This document shows positions 48,844 to 57,996 of a DNA stretch of 64,000 nt, piece by piece. Source of the DNA: Candidatus Omnitrophota bacterium (GTDB taxonomy: Bacteria; Omnitrophota; Omnitrophia; Omnitrophales; Aquincolibacteriaceae); contig JAKLIQ010000001.1 in assembly GCA_022709525.1 (NCBI GenBank), forward strand, positions 274,679 to 338,678, written 5' to 3'. The translations under genes and the position numbers were made by a program. Under the pieces are notes generated by a model, which saw only the letters and a list, made by a program, of their open reading frames with translations, was not told the DNA's origin and searched no databases. Positions within the stretch are counted from its first letter, which is position 1; the number at the start of each line of letters is the position of its first letter.

Positions 48844-49674
48844 ATGACTCTTTTCCAATCGATCATCCTGGGCATCGTCCAGGGTCTTACGGAATTCCTG
48901 CCCATCTCAAGTTCCGGGCATTTGGTGCTCTTTCAAAACCTCTTTGGGATGAAAGAACCGATGCTTGCCTTCGATATCGCCGTCCACGGCGGCACGCTGG
49001 TTGCGGTCCTCGCTTTTTTTTATAAGGACATCCTGGTCATTGTGAAGGACTTGGCGGGAGACCTCCGGAAAGCCGTAGCGTCCAAAGATGTTCCTCGGGC
49101 GGGTGTTTTGCCGCAGCATCAAGGGCTTTGGGCTTGCATCTTGATCACGCTTGTTCCGACCGGCATCATCGCCGTTTTTTTCAGGTCTTGGATCGAAACC
49201 GCTTTTTCAAAACTTGTCTTTGTCGCGATCGCATGGCTTGCCATGGGAGCGCTTCTGATCTTAAGTCAACGTTTCTCCAAGGGGCAAAAGGATCTTTCGG
49301 CGATCCATTATGGCGATGCGCTCTGGGTGGGGTTGGCCCAGGGGATCGCTCTTTTGCCCGGAGTTTCGCGTTCGGGAAGCACGATCCTTGCCGGCATGCT
49401 CCTGGGGATCAAAAAAGAGGATGCCGCAAAATTCTCGTTTCTGATCTCTATCCCCGCGATCCTGGCCGCGATCATCATGGACCTCAAAGAAAGCATTCAA
49501 TATTTTTCTTCCCAGACAACAATTGTTCTGGCCGGTTTTTTTGCCGCCGCCGTGACGGGATATCTTGTGATCCGTTGGCTGATGCGGATCATTCAGCGCG
49601 GCCATTTCTTTCTTTTTGGTTACTATTGCATTGCGGCCGGCCTTTTCGCGCTTACTCTCACGATCCTCTCCTGA
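48844..49674 (+). CDS. uppP: Undecaprenyl-diphosphate phosphatase
   Basis: N-terminus GIVQGLTEFLPISSSGHL typical of UppP/BacA; 8 TM helices. Confidence 0.85.
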   Translation: MTLFQSIILGIVQGLTEFLPISSSGHLVLFQNLFGMKEPMLAFDIAVHGGTLVAVLAFFYKDILVIVKDLAGDLRKAVASKDVPRAGVLPQHQGLWACILITLVPTGIIAVFFRSWIETAFSKLVFVAIAWLAMGALLILSQRFSKGQKDLSAIHYGDALWVGLAQGIALLPGVSRSGSTILAGMLLGIKKEDAAKFSFLISIPAILAAIIMDLKESIQYFSSQTTIVLAGFFAAAVTGYLVIRWLMRIIQRGHFFLFGYYCIAAGLFALTLTILS

Positions 49675-49677
49675 TCC

Positions 49678-50856
49678 ATGAAAACCGTTCAATGCGTCCT
49701 CCAAAGAGGCAAAGAACGGCCGGTCCGCAACCGTCACCCCTGGATCTTTTCAGGGGCCGTTGATCAGATCGAAGAAGGATTTGAGGCTGGCGACCTTGTA
49801 AGGGTCCTCTCCGACAAAGAAGAATTTCTCGGCATCGGTTATTTCAATCCGAAATCCCAGATCGTCGTCCGCATGCTCGCGTTCGAGGATACCCCTATCG
49901 ACGAAGCCTTTTTTGACAGAAGGATCTCCCAAGCGGTCGAAACCCGGAAACGTTTTTTGCCGCCCGATACGAACGCCTACCGGCTCATTCATTCCGAAGG
50001 GGATCTTCTTTCGGGGCTTGTCGTGGATGTTTACGGGGAATTCTTGGTCGTGGAGTTCAATACGGCCGGGATCGATGCGTGGAAACCGGTGATCGTCAAG
50101 ATCCTCCAAAAGCATTTTCCAAAATATTCGATCTTTGAAAAAAGCGATTCCGACCTTCGCAAATGGGAGGGGCTCAAGCGTTCCGTGGGCGCGCTTACGG
50201 GTTCGGAGCCCCCCGAGACAATTGAAATTAAGGAGCATGGCCTCCTTTTTAACGTAGATATTCGCGGCGGACAAAAGACGGGATTTTTTCTCGATCAGTG
50301 TGAGAGCCGTGAAATCGTAAGGGGATTAAGCGCGGAGAAACGGGTACTCAATTGCTTCGCCTATACGGGGGGATTTTCCGTTTATGCGGCCAAAGGCGGC
50401 GCAAAGGAAGTCGTGTCCGTAGAATCCTCGGAGTCGGCCGTTCAGCTTGGCCGGGAGAATTTTGAAAAAAACAAATTAACTCAGGAACAAAGCGTTTGGG
50501 CCCAGCAGGATGTTTTTGATTACTTGCGTGCGACGCAAAAGGTTTTTGACCTGATCATCCTCGACCCGCCGGCCTTTTGTAAAAGTAAAAATCAGATCCG
50601 GGATGCCGCCCGTGGCTACAAAGATATCAATCTCCAGGCTTTCAAAATACTCCCCAAGGGCGGCCTGCTTTTCACGTTCTCGTGTTCTTCCTATATCACA
50701 CCGGATCTTTTCCAGAAGATCATCTTCGGCGCGGCCTCGGACGCAAAACGCGATGTCCGGATCCTTAAAAAAACCTCTCACGCTTTTGACCATCCCATCA
50801 ATATCTACCATCCGGAAGGCGAGTATCTTAAAGGCCTTCTTTGCGAGGTGTTTTAA
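49678..50856 (+). CDS. rlmI: 23S rRNA m5C methyltransferase RlmI-like (PUA + class I SAM MTase)
   Basis: N-terminal PUA-like region; SAM-binding LNCFAYTGGFSVYAA; catalytic DPPAF motif. Confidence 0.7.
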   Translation: MKTVQCVLQRGKERPVRNRHPWIFSGAVDQIEEGFEAGDLVRVLSDKEEFLGIGYFNPKSQIVVRMLAFEDTPIDEAFFDRRISQAVETRKRFLPPDTNAYRLIHSEGDLLSGLVVDVYGEFLVVEFNTAGIDAWKPVIVKILQKHFPKYSIFEKSDSDLRKWEGLKRSVGALTGSEPPETIEIKEHGLLFNVDIRGGQKTGFFLDQCESREIVRGLSAEKRVLNCFAYTGGFSVYAAKGGAKEVVSVESSESAVQLGRENFEKNKLTQEQSVWAQQDVFDYLRATQKVFDLIILDPPAFCKSKNQIRDAARGYKDINLQAFKILPKGGLLFTFSCSSYITPDLFQKIIFGAASDAKRDVRILKKTSHAFDHPINIYHPEGEYLKGLLCEVF

Positions 50857-50861
50857 CGGCT

Positions 50862-51395
50862 ATGGGCGAGATCTATGTCGGAGTGAAATTCAAAGTGGTC
50901 TATGAAGCGCCGGAATCCGTGAATGATCCGCGGATCGCGGAACTTATCCGGATCGGGAAAATATTGACGGATAAGGGATTTTGCCCCGAGAACAGCGGGA
51001 ACATGAGTTTTCGCGTCCAAAAAGGTTTTGCGATCACGGCAGCCGGCTCGAAACTCGGCGAACTCACTTCTAATGACTTTGTTCTCGTAAAAAAAGTCGA
51101 TCTTTCCCGCAAAGTAGTTTTCTGCGCCGGCAAAGTCCAGCCGAGTTCCGAAGCGATGATGCACCGGATGATCTACGATGCGCGGGATGATATCGATGTT
51201 ATTTTGCATGCCCACACTCTTGATCTTAAAGGCGCTGTCGTGACCGAAAAAGAATATCCTTACGGGACGTTTGAATTCGCCCGTTCCGCGGCCCAAGCGG
51301 TCCAAAAACATGATCTTATTGTTTTAAAGGGCCACGGCTTCGTATCGGTGGCGAAAACGGTCCCGGAGGCCTACGAAAAGCTCGCGCTTTCTTAA
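50862..51395 (+). CDS. Class II aldolase/adducin-family protein
   Basis: ENSGNMSFRV and HAHT motifs of the class II aldolase fold. The ATG is 6 nt after the rlmI stop; the ORF track begins at a TTG at 50841. Confidence 0.6.
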   Translation: MGEIYVGVKFKVVYEAPESVNDPRIAELIRIGKILTDKGFCPENSGNMSFRVQKGFAITAAGSKLGELTSNDFVLVKKVDLSRKVVFCAGKVQPSSEAMMHRMIYDARDDIDVILHAHTLDLKGAVVTEKEYPYGTFEFARSAAQAVQKHDLIVLKGHGFVSVAKTVPEAYEKLALS

Positions 51396-51417
51396 AACAC
51401 CGTGTTATAATCCGCTC

Positions 51418-51975
51418 ATGGCGAACATCCAGATCACCACCGAATTCACCCCGAACCCGAACTCGCTGAAGTTCAATGTGAGCGTTCCTATCTGTACCCA
51501 CGGAACGGTTCATTTTGCCTCCAAGGCCGAGTCAGGGAAATCGCCCCTTGCGGCCAAGCTTTTTGAGATCGAACATGTCAAAGAAGTGATGATCGGTCCC
51601 GATCTTGTGACGATCACGCGCGATGACGGGGTCCAGTCGTGGAGTTCTTTGATCTCGAAGGTGACCGAGACGATCCGTGAGTTTCTTGTTTGCGGGAAAA
51701 CGAGCCCCAAAGTCTGCGAGAAATGCGCGGATGCCACGAATCCGAAGTCGGATATCGAGAAAAAGATCATCGAGATCATGGACGAGCAGATCCGCCCGGC
51801 TCTTGCCCGGGACGGCGGTGACGCGGTCTTCTGCGGTTTTGAGAATGGCGTTGTGAAGCTCCACCTGAAGGGCGCGTGCTCCGGATGCCCGAGCGCGACC
51901 ATGACGCTTAAAATGGGAATCGAAGCCTACCTCAAGGAATACATCCCCGAAGTCAAAGAAGTTGTCCGGGTCTAA
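51418..51975 (+). CDS. nfuA: NfuA/NifU-like Fe-S cluster carrier (Nfu_N + NifU C-terminal CxxC domain)
   Basis: C-terminal GACSGCPSATMTLKMGIE with upstream IRPALARDGGD; an N-terminal Nfu_N-like domain. Confidence 0.7.
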   Translation: MANIQITTEFTPNPNSLKFNVSVPICTHGTVHFASKAESGKSPLAAKLFEIEHVKEVMIGPDLVTITRDDGVQSWSSLISKVTETIREFLVCGKTSPKVCEKCADATNPKSDIEKKIIEIMDEQIRPALARDGGDAVFCGFENGVVKLHLKGACSGCPSATMTLKMGIEAYLKEYIPEVKEVVRV

Positions 51976-51977
51976 AA

Positions 51978-52048
51978 TCGGGGCTTGTACCTCGTTCCTC
52001 GGGACTCGCTTTTTTTGAGGAGCGAATCCCTAGTCCCGAGTCCCTTTA
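51978..52048. repeat. REP/MITE-like nested-palindrome repeat, copy 1
   Basis: Contains the gggactcg / cgagtccc units and a central hairpin shared with five other intergenic copies. Confidence 0.6.
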
Positions 52049-52113
52049 TCCTTTTTTAAAAACGCCGATACTTTAGCCAAGGGAAATCTTTCATTTCGTT
52101 TTAGGAGGGGATA

Positions 52114-52290
52114 TGGCTAAAAAAGTTCTGAAAAAACTTTCCACAAGCAGAGTTACAACGTTCAAGATCCGCAACCGGCGGGGCTACGCCGCTCTATGTA
52201 TGGGGAATTTGACCGAAGGCAATACGGTCAGTATCGCTCTGGCCCGCATGGCCAAGGCGGTTAAACGGATGGGATATCTTCTGGCGTGAG
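52114..52290 (+). CDS. Possible small protein (58 aa, MAKKVLKKLSTSRVTTFKIRNRRGYAAL...)
   Basis: GGAGGGG RBS 6 nt upstream of the ATG; basic; below the ORF-track length cutoff; sits between two REP-like copies. Confidence 0.2.
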
Positions 52291-52308
52291 CGCCAGAGGC
52301 GGGACTTG

Positions 52309-52377
52309 TCGCTCGGGACTCGTACCTCGAAAAACGAGGAACCAAAACGAGTCCCGAGGAACTAGTCCCGAGCCCCG
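52309..52377. repeat. REP/MITE-like nested-palindrome repeat, copy 2
   Basis: gggacttgtcgctcgggactcgtacctcgaaaaacgaggaaccaaaacgagtcccgaggaactagtcccgag. Confidence 0.6.
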
Positions 52378-52387
52378 GCTTTATTGA

Positions 52388-52558
52388 CTAACGTCCGCTG
52401 GCGTCCTTACGCTTCGCGAAGCAATCCTTGCAGTAGACCGGACGGTCTTCTCTTGGCTTGAAAGGAACTTCACATTCCTTTTTGCATTCTCCGCAGACCG
52501 CTTTGTGCATTTCACGCGGCGCGCCTCCAAATCCACGGCCTCCCTGATCGAAACCCAT
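52388..52558 (-). CDS. Small zinc-ribbon protein with Gly/Arg-rich N-terminus
   Basis: CGEC-x(~19)-CKDC four-Cys ribbon (CGECKKECEVPFKPREDRPVYCKDCF). The ATG at 52558 is preceded by an AGGAGGA RBS; the ORF track starts at a GTG at 52579. Confidence 0.45.
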   Translation of the reverse strand: MGFDQGGRGFGGAPREMHKAVCGECKKECEVPFKPREDRPVYCKDCFAKRKDASGR

Positions 52559-52629
52559 GTTATCTCCTCCTGTTGGCACTGATGTCAGTGCAGTTGTGGG
52601 AAAAAAATTCCCGAAAAGCTGTTTAATAT

Positions 52630-53061
52630 TTAATGACTTTCACGATGCGGACGGGGGCCCTTCCGGTGGCGAAAGAACGGCTTTTCGCCGTGGCCGAACC
52701 CGCGAGGCCCTGCGCCTGGTTTTCTGTCAAAGGGACGCCCCTGGCCAAAGCTTCCTTCTTTTGGCCGGTCATGTGAAAAGCCGCTTTCCCTGGGGCGTTC
52801 ATGAGGAAAACTCCGTTCCCTGGGTCCGCGGTTAAAATCCCTTTTGCCGTGAGAATGTCCTCCGTGGCCGAAAGAGGGGCGGAAAGGTTTTGAGAAACGT
52901 CTTTCGCCGGAAGACCTCTCCGGGGATTGACCGATCAGGAGATCTATTTTTTTCTCCAAAAAGTTCAACTGCTGTTGCATCTTTAGGATCAAAGATACAA
53001 CATCCGTGCCGGCTTGCGGCAAACCGGAAAGATCCGCGTCTTGTTTTATGTGTTCGCTCAT
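52630..53061 (-). CDS. Hypothetical protein with an N-terminal helix and an Arg/Gly/His/Pro-rich low-complexity tail
   Basis: AAGGAG RBS 8 nt upstream of the ATG at 53061; repeats of (R/K)xxGF/SH in the tail; function unknown, possibly nucleic-acid binding. Confidence 0.4.
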   Translation of the reverse strand: MSEHIKQDADLSGLPQAGTDVVSLILKMQQQLNFLEKKIDLLIGQSPERSSGERRFSKPFRPSFGHGGHSHGKRDFNRGPRERSFPHERPRESGFSHDRPKEGSFGQGRPFDRKPGAGPRGFGHGEKPFFRHRKGPRPHRESH

Positions 53062-53145
53062 TGTGTGCCGGCTCCTTTTTCATGATAGTTTTGATTTAAC
53101 ATAAGGGAGGAAATTTTGTTCCTAAGAGGTTTTGTCGCTCGATCC

Positions 53146-53661
53146 CTAATCTTCTCCGGCAAGCGTCAGAGCCGAAAGGACCGAAGGATTGATCCGTGAT
53201 GTGCGGCCCATGCTTTTCCGGATCCTACATGCTGTTTCCTTTAAAGTCCATTTGAATACGCAGGAAAGTTCTCCCACAAGGCCCTTCGCGGAATGCTCGA
53301 GCGCTTGGCGTTTTTTTTGATCTTTCGCTTCGAATTTGTCATAAGCAAGAGATAAAAGGCCGTGAGCCAAGTTCCAGGCCTGCGCTTGCGGGCTCGAAGG
53401 CGTTTCAGCCGCCGGACGACCTTTGCCATTCCCGGCTTTTAAATAGTGAAGGATCTTATTGGCCTCTTTCGGGGAAACAAGGCCATGAAAACCCGAAACT
53501 TCCATATCAGCGGCCGAGATGATAAAACGAGATTTCATCCTGGCGGCTATTTTAGGGACCAATGAATAGGACGGACCCCGGTGGTCGGATGAGCTCGACG
53601 GGGTGATCCTGTCAACACGGCACAGTCCATGGACTGGATGAAAAAGCAGGTCGCCGTTCAT
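53146..53661 (-). CDS. CarD/CdnL-family RNA-polymerase-interacting transcription factor
   Basis: The N-terminal segment GDLLFHPVHGLCRVDRI...YSLVP has the CarD_CdnL_TRCF domain pattern (hydrophobic GD..VHP.HG.G.V). Start taken at the internal M at 53661. Confidence 0.5.
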   Translation of the reverse strand: MNGDLLFHPVHGLCRVDRITPSSSSDHRGPSYSLVPKIAARMKSRFIISAADMEVSGFHGLVSPKEANKILHYLKAGNGKGRPAAETPSSPQAQAWNLAHGLLSLAYDKFEAKDQKKRQALEHSAKGLVGELSCVFKWTLKETACRIRKSMGRTSRINPSVLSALTLAGED

Positions 53662-54012
53662 GATCTTTTCTTTTTTCACAGGGTTCTTTCTTTTGGGTCC
53701 AGGCGGTTCATTTGTTCGATAGATTTCAGGCATGGCTTCAAGCAAGACGGGCTTTTTTCAACGTCAGCGCAACTTACGGAAATGCCAAATTCTCTCGCTT
53801 CGCCCTCTTTCCGTCTCCAGAGCGGACGGGGCAAGCGCGGGAAACTTTTCAAATCAACAGTTACGCAGCGCTCGTAACGGAAGACAGTATACAGCGGTTT
53901 GCCCGGGAGGGGGCATTTATTCCATCATTCTGGTTCCTGCCCGTTTCTATTCATTTTGACACCTCCTGATCCTTCCGTTAATATAATGAAAATCAACAAG
54001 TTACGGAGAATC

Positions 54013-54993
54013 ATGGCACGAGTTTTGAGCGGTACAAGGCCCACCGGCAAGCTTCATCTCGGGAATCTTCTCGGCGCCCTTGAAAATTACAAGAAACTCC
54101 AGGGTGAAGACGCCTTTTTCATGATCGCCGATCTGCACGCCCTCACGACCGAATACGAGGACAAGACCAAGATCGCCGAGAACGTGATGGAGGTCGTGGT
54201 CGATTATTTGGCGAGCGGCCTTGATCCGGACCAATGCACGATGTTCGTGCAAAGCGAAGTGCTGGAACACGCCAATCTCGCATTGCTTTTTTCCATGATC
54301 ACGCCGCTTGGATGGCTCGAGCGGAACCCGACTTATAAAGATCAGCTTCGTGAGCTAAAGGGGAAAGACCTTCATACGCACGGTTTCCTGGGTTACCCCG
54401 TACTTCAGGCCGCGGACATCGCGATCTATAAAGCGGAAAAAGTCCCGGTTGGCGAAGACCAGCTGCCGCATCTGGAATTGACCCGCGAGATCATCCGGCG
54501 GTTCACGCATCTTTACGGAAAAAAAGTTTTTCCCGAGCCGGAAGCCGTGCTGACACAAGCGCCGAAAGTCCCGGGACTTGACGGGCGCAAGATGAGCAAG
54601 AGCTATGATAATTGCATTTATCTTGCCGACTCCAAGGACGCAGTGACCAAAAAGGTCAAAACCATGGTGACGGACCCGGCGCGGAAGATCCGTTCAGACA
54701 AAGGCCATCCGGAAGTCTGCCCGGTTTATTTTTATCACAAACTTTTTAACAAAGACCAGGCGCTAACGGTCGCCAAAGAATGCAAAAATGCGGAACGCGG
54801 CTGCGTGGATTGCAAAATGGAAATGGCCGCGAAGCTCAACGAGTTCATGGATCCTATCAGGGAAAGACGTGAATCATGGATGAAGAAAAAAACGGAAGTG
54901 TGCGAGATCCTCAAACGGGGAGCCAAGAGGGCTCGGGAAGTGGCGGGCGAGACCCTCAAGGAAACTCTCCGGGCGATGGGTCTGGCATCGTAG
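54013..54993 (+). CDS. trpS: Tryptophanyl-tRNA synthetase
   Basis: VLSGTRPTGKLHLGN (HIGH-type) and KMSKS motifs; ~326 aa from the ATG at 54013. The ORF track extends to a TTG at 53899. Confidence 0.85.
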   Translation: MARVLSGTRPTGKLHLGNLLGALENYKKLQGEDAFFMIADLHALTTEYEDKTKIAENVMEVVVDYLASGLDPDQCTMFVQSEVLEHANLALLFSMITPLGWLERNPTYKDQLRELKGKDLHTHGFLGYPVLQAADIAIYKAEKVPVGEDQLPHLELTREIIRRFTHLYGKKVFPEPEAVLTQAPKVPGLDGRKMSKSYDNCIYLADSKDAVTKKVKTMVTDPARKIRSDKGHPEVCPVYFYHKLFNKDQALTVAKECKNAERGCVDCKMEMAAKLNEFMDPIRERRESWMKKKTEVCEILKRGAKRAREVAGETLKETLRAMGLAS

Positions 54994-55784
54994 CTTCTTC
55001 CGAAACGCCCCAGGCGACGCCCCCTCCTCTGACCCCTGAAGCTCCCAAGGGGCCGGACCCGCTTCATGTCAAGGTCGCGGTCTATGACGGTCCGCTCGAT
55101 CTTCTTTTAGACCTCATTAAGAAAAACGAGATGAATATTTATGACATCCCGGTCGCGGAGATCACCCAGCAATACCTGGAGTATTTGAAGGTGATGAAGC
55201 AGCTGGACCTTGAGGTCGCAGGCGAATTCATTGTGATGGCCGCGACGCTCATTTATATTAAATCCAAGATGCTGCTTCCCACCGAGAAGGACGAAGAAGA
55301 AGGCGAGGGTGAGGATCCGCGCGCGGAGCTGGTGCGGAAACTTCTCGAATACCAGGCTTTCAAGGAAGCCGCCAAAGAGCTCGGGCTCCTTCAGACCGAA
55401 CGCGGCAAGATGTTCACGCGCCAGATCACGGATTACTATCTGGGGGAAATGGACCCCGAGGATGCCGGCGTTGATACTTTCAGTGCGAATTTCTTCGACC
55501 TGATCGTCGCGTTCCAGAACGTGCTGGCCAAAAAAGGGCCGAAACGCGAGCATGAGGTGTTCGAAGAGGTCATCTCGATCGAAGAGAAGATGATCCAGAT
55601 CCAGTCCTATCTCGCGGAAAAAAAGAAAGTTTCCTTCAATGAGCTTTTTTCAGAGCGTTGGACGCGCAACGAACTGATCGCCACATTCTTGGCGATCCTC
55701 GAGCTTGTCCGGACACGTTTCGCCTGGGTGCGGCAGGACAAGCAGTTCGGTGAGATCGTCATCGAAAAACGGGAGGGGAATTAG
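54876..55784 (+). CDS. scpA: Segregation and condensation protein A
   Basis: FDGPLDLLLDLIKKNEMNIYDIPVAEITQQYLEYL core. The N-terminal ~60 aa are Gly/Ser/Pro-rich low complexity and overlap the trpS 3' end, so the real start may be downstream. Confidence 0.75.
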   Translation: MDEEKNGSVRDPQTGSQEGSGSGGRDPQGNSPGDGSGIVASSETPQATPPPLTPEAPKGPDPLHVKVAVYDGPLDLLLDLIKKNEMNIYDIPVAEITQQYLEYLKVMKQLDLEVAGEFIVMAATLIYIKSKMLLPTEKDEEEGEGEDPRAELVRKLLEYQAFKEAAKELGLLQTERGKMFTRQITDYYLGEMDPEDAGVDTFSANFFDLIVAFQNVLAKKGPKREHEVFEEVISIEEKMIQIQSYLAEKKKVSFNELFSERWTRNELIATFLAILELVRTRFAWVRQDKQFGEIVIEKREGN

Positions 55785-55877
55785 CACTGTTTTTTATTTA
55801 ATTTCTACGGGTTAACAGTACAATACTGCGAACCCATAAAATTAATATCAACGCAGTATTAGTACACCCAACACATT

Positions 55878-56705
55878 ATGAAACTGACCGCGGCGCAAGA
55901 ACGGGAAAAACAGGCCAAACTTCGGGTTTTACGCAAAGAGCTGGACCAGGAGATCCAGGAACAGCTCGAGGAGAAAAATGCCCTTGAGGGGCTGACGGAC
56001 GCCCAGAGGTTCCAGGTCGAATCTTTGCGGGAAGAAGACTTGCAGGATCCCGCCAAAGCCAAGCTGGTGGTGGAAGCGCTTATTTTTGCCTCCTCGAAAC
56101 CGCTAACGCCGGCCGAGATCCGCAAGGTCACCAAAGCCCTTACTGTAAACCAGATCGAGAAGATCGTGGCTGAACTGAAAGAAGAATATAAAACAAGCGG
56201 CCGCTGCTTCGAGCTGCTTGAGATCGCCGGCGGTTATGAGCTTTCCACCAAAAAGGAATTCGCGCCCTGGATCCTGAAGATCGAGCTTCAACGCAAGGCG
56301 CGTCAAGCCACGCAATCGGCGCTAGAGACGCTTGCGATCCTGGCCTACAAGCAGCCGCTTACGCGCGCCGAGATCGAAGCGCTGCGCGGTGTCGATACAA
56401 GCGGCGTGCTGACAACGCTCATGGAAAAAGGTTTCATCAAGATCGTCGGAAAAAAAGAAGTTCCGGGACGGCCGTTCCTTTACGGGACGACGGAAAAATT
56501 CCTGGAGCATTTCGGGCTCAAACAGTTGCAGGACCTTCCGAGCATTGAAGAGATCCGGCAAATGGTGGAAAGCTCGGTAAAGAAAGATGAATTGATCGGA
56601 ACGAAAAAGATCGTGGATGTCCCGCAAGAAGGAACTACGCCGCCTTCCGGAACACCGGCGGCGGATGTGTCCGAAGCAAAAAATGAACTAAACGATACTT
56701 ACTAA
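55878..56705 (+). CDS. scpB: Segregation and condensation protein B
   Basis: Two wHTH repeats (ALIFASSKPLTPAEI... and LAILAYKQPLTRAEIEALRG) typical of ScpB. Confidence 0.8.
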   Translation: MKLTAAQEREKQAKLRVLRKELDQEIQEQLEEKNALEGLTDAQRFQVESLREEDLQDPAKAKLVVEALIFASSKPLTPAEIRKVTKALTVNQIEKIVAELKEEYKTSGRCFELLEIAGGYELSTKKEFAPWILKIELQRKARQATQSALETLAILAYKQPLTRAEIEALRGVDTSGVLTTLMEKGFIKIVGKKEVPGRPFLYGTTEKFLEHFGLKQLQDLPSIEEIRQMVESSVKKDELIGTKKIVDVPQEGTTPPSGTPAADVSEAKNELNDTY

Positions 56706-56709
56706 TACG

Positions 56710-56755
56710 ACCCTGTACACACCGGGTGTGGCGCGCCACACCCGGTGTGTACAGG
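56710..56755. repeat. Perfect 46-bp palindrome (ccctgtacacaccgggtgtggcg|cgccacacccggtgtgtacaggg)
   Basis: Seen directly; it lies between the scpB stop and the pheA start, with no T-run on either side. Confidence 0.7.
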
Positions 56756-56776
56756 GTGAAAAAAAGGCGGGGGATT

Positions 56777-57856
56777 ATGGACCTGAGCCAAATAAGAAAG
56801 AAGATCGACGAATTGGACGAGAGGATCATCCGGCTTTTGAACGAGCGCACGGACCTTGCGCGCGAAGTCGGGAAAATGAAGATGGAAGCCGGCAAGGAGA
56901 TCTACGCCCCCGAGCGGGAAAGCGAGATCTACCGGAAGATCGATGCTTTGGCCGAGAAGGGCGTTCTGCCGAAGGACGCGCTCAAATCCATCTACCGCGA
57001 GATCATGTCGGCCTCGCTGGCCCTTGAAAAGCCGCTGACGATCGCCTATCTCGGACCCGAGGCGACCTTCACGCACCTGGCTTCGCTTTCGAAGTTCGGT
57101 TCCAGCGTCCATTACCGTTCCTGCGCCAGCATCAACGAGGTTTTCCGGGAGGTGGAACAGGGCCGCGCGGATTACGGCGTGATCCCGATCGAGAATTCCA
57201 TCGAGGGGGCTGTCAGCCACACGCTCGATATGTTTATCGATTCGGAGCTCAAGATCTGTTCGGAGATCTATTTTGAGATCTCGCACAATCTCATGACGAA
57301 CGTTCCCAATATGAAGCAGATCAAGCGGGTTTACTCCAAGGCTGAGGTGTTCGGGCAGTGCCGGATGTGGCTTGAGGCGCATCTGCATCACGCCGAGCTG
57401 ATGGAAGCTTCCAGTACGGCGGCAGCGGCCAAACGCGCGGCTGACGAAGACGGCGCAGCAGCGATCGGTTCCCGGCTTGCCGCGACGCTCTATAATCTGC
57501 CGATCCTGGCCGAAAGCATCCAGGATTTCTCGAACAATGTGACCCGCTTTCTTGTGATCTCCAAGCAGATCCCGGCGCGGACAAAACATGACAAGACCTC
57601 CATGCTTGTTTCGATCCGCGACAAGGTCGGGGCGCTTTATGAAATGCTCCTGCCGATCAAGAAGTATCGCGTCAACATGACCAAGATCGAATCGCGCCCT
57701 TCGAAGAAAAAGGCGTGGGATTATTATTTTTATATCGATCTCGAGGGGCATGTCGGGGACCCGAACATCCGCAAGATGCTCGCGGATATGGAAAAAAAGG
57801 TCAAATTCCTCAAAGTGCTCGGTTCCTATCCCGCGGCGGGGAAGACGAAAGACTAA
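56777..57856 (+). CDS. pheA: Bifunctional chorismate mutase / prephenate dehydratase
   Basis: N-terminal AroQ chorismate mutase helix (IRKKIDELDERIIRLLNERTDLAREVG), a PDT domain and a C-terminal ACT domain. Confidence 0.85.
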   Translation: MDLSQIRKKIDELDERIIRLLNERTDLAREVGKMKMEAGKEIYAPERESEIYRKIDALAEKGVLPKDALKSIYREIMSASLALEKPLTIAYLGPEATFTHLASLSKFGSSVHYRSCASINEVFREVEQGRADYGVIPIENSIEGAVSHTLDMFIDSELKICSEIYFEISHNLMTNVPNMKQIKRVYSKAEVFGQCRMWLEAHLHHAELMEASSTAAAAKRAADEDGAAAIGSRLAATLYNLPILAESIQDFSNNVTRFLVISKQIPARTKHDKTSMLVSIRDKVGALYEMLLPIKKYRVNMTKIESRPSKKKAWDYYFYIDLEGHVGDPNIRKMLADMEKKVKFLKVLGSYPAAGKTKD

Positions 57857-57865
57857 AAAGACGTT

Positions 57866-57950
57866 GGGACTCGCATCTCGGGCCTCGGGACTCGCAAGGC
57901 GTAAGAAGTGAAGAACTGCGAGGAACGAGTCCCTAGTCCCGAGTCCCTTG
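57866..57950. repeat. REP/MITE-like nested-palindrome repeat, copy 3
   Basis: gggactcgcatctcgggcctcgggactcgcaagg...gaggaacgagtccctagtcccgagtccc. Confidence 0.6.
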
Positions 57951-57996
57951 CGCAGGTTTTGATAACACATGATCATTACAAATGAGATTTTAAAGT

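Noticed and set aside
53899-54012. TTG-initiated upstream extension of trpS (and the M at ~53986)
   Set aside because: The TrpRS HIGH-region N-terminus starts cleanly at MARVLSGTRPTGKLHLGN (ATG 54013). The upstream residues are not conserved-looking and run through the divergent promoter region.
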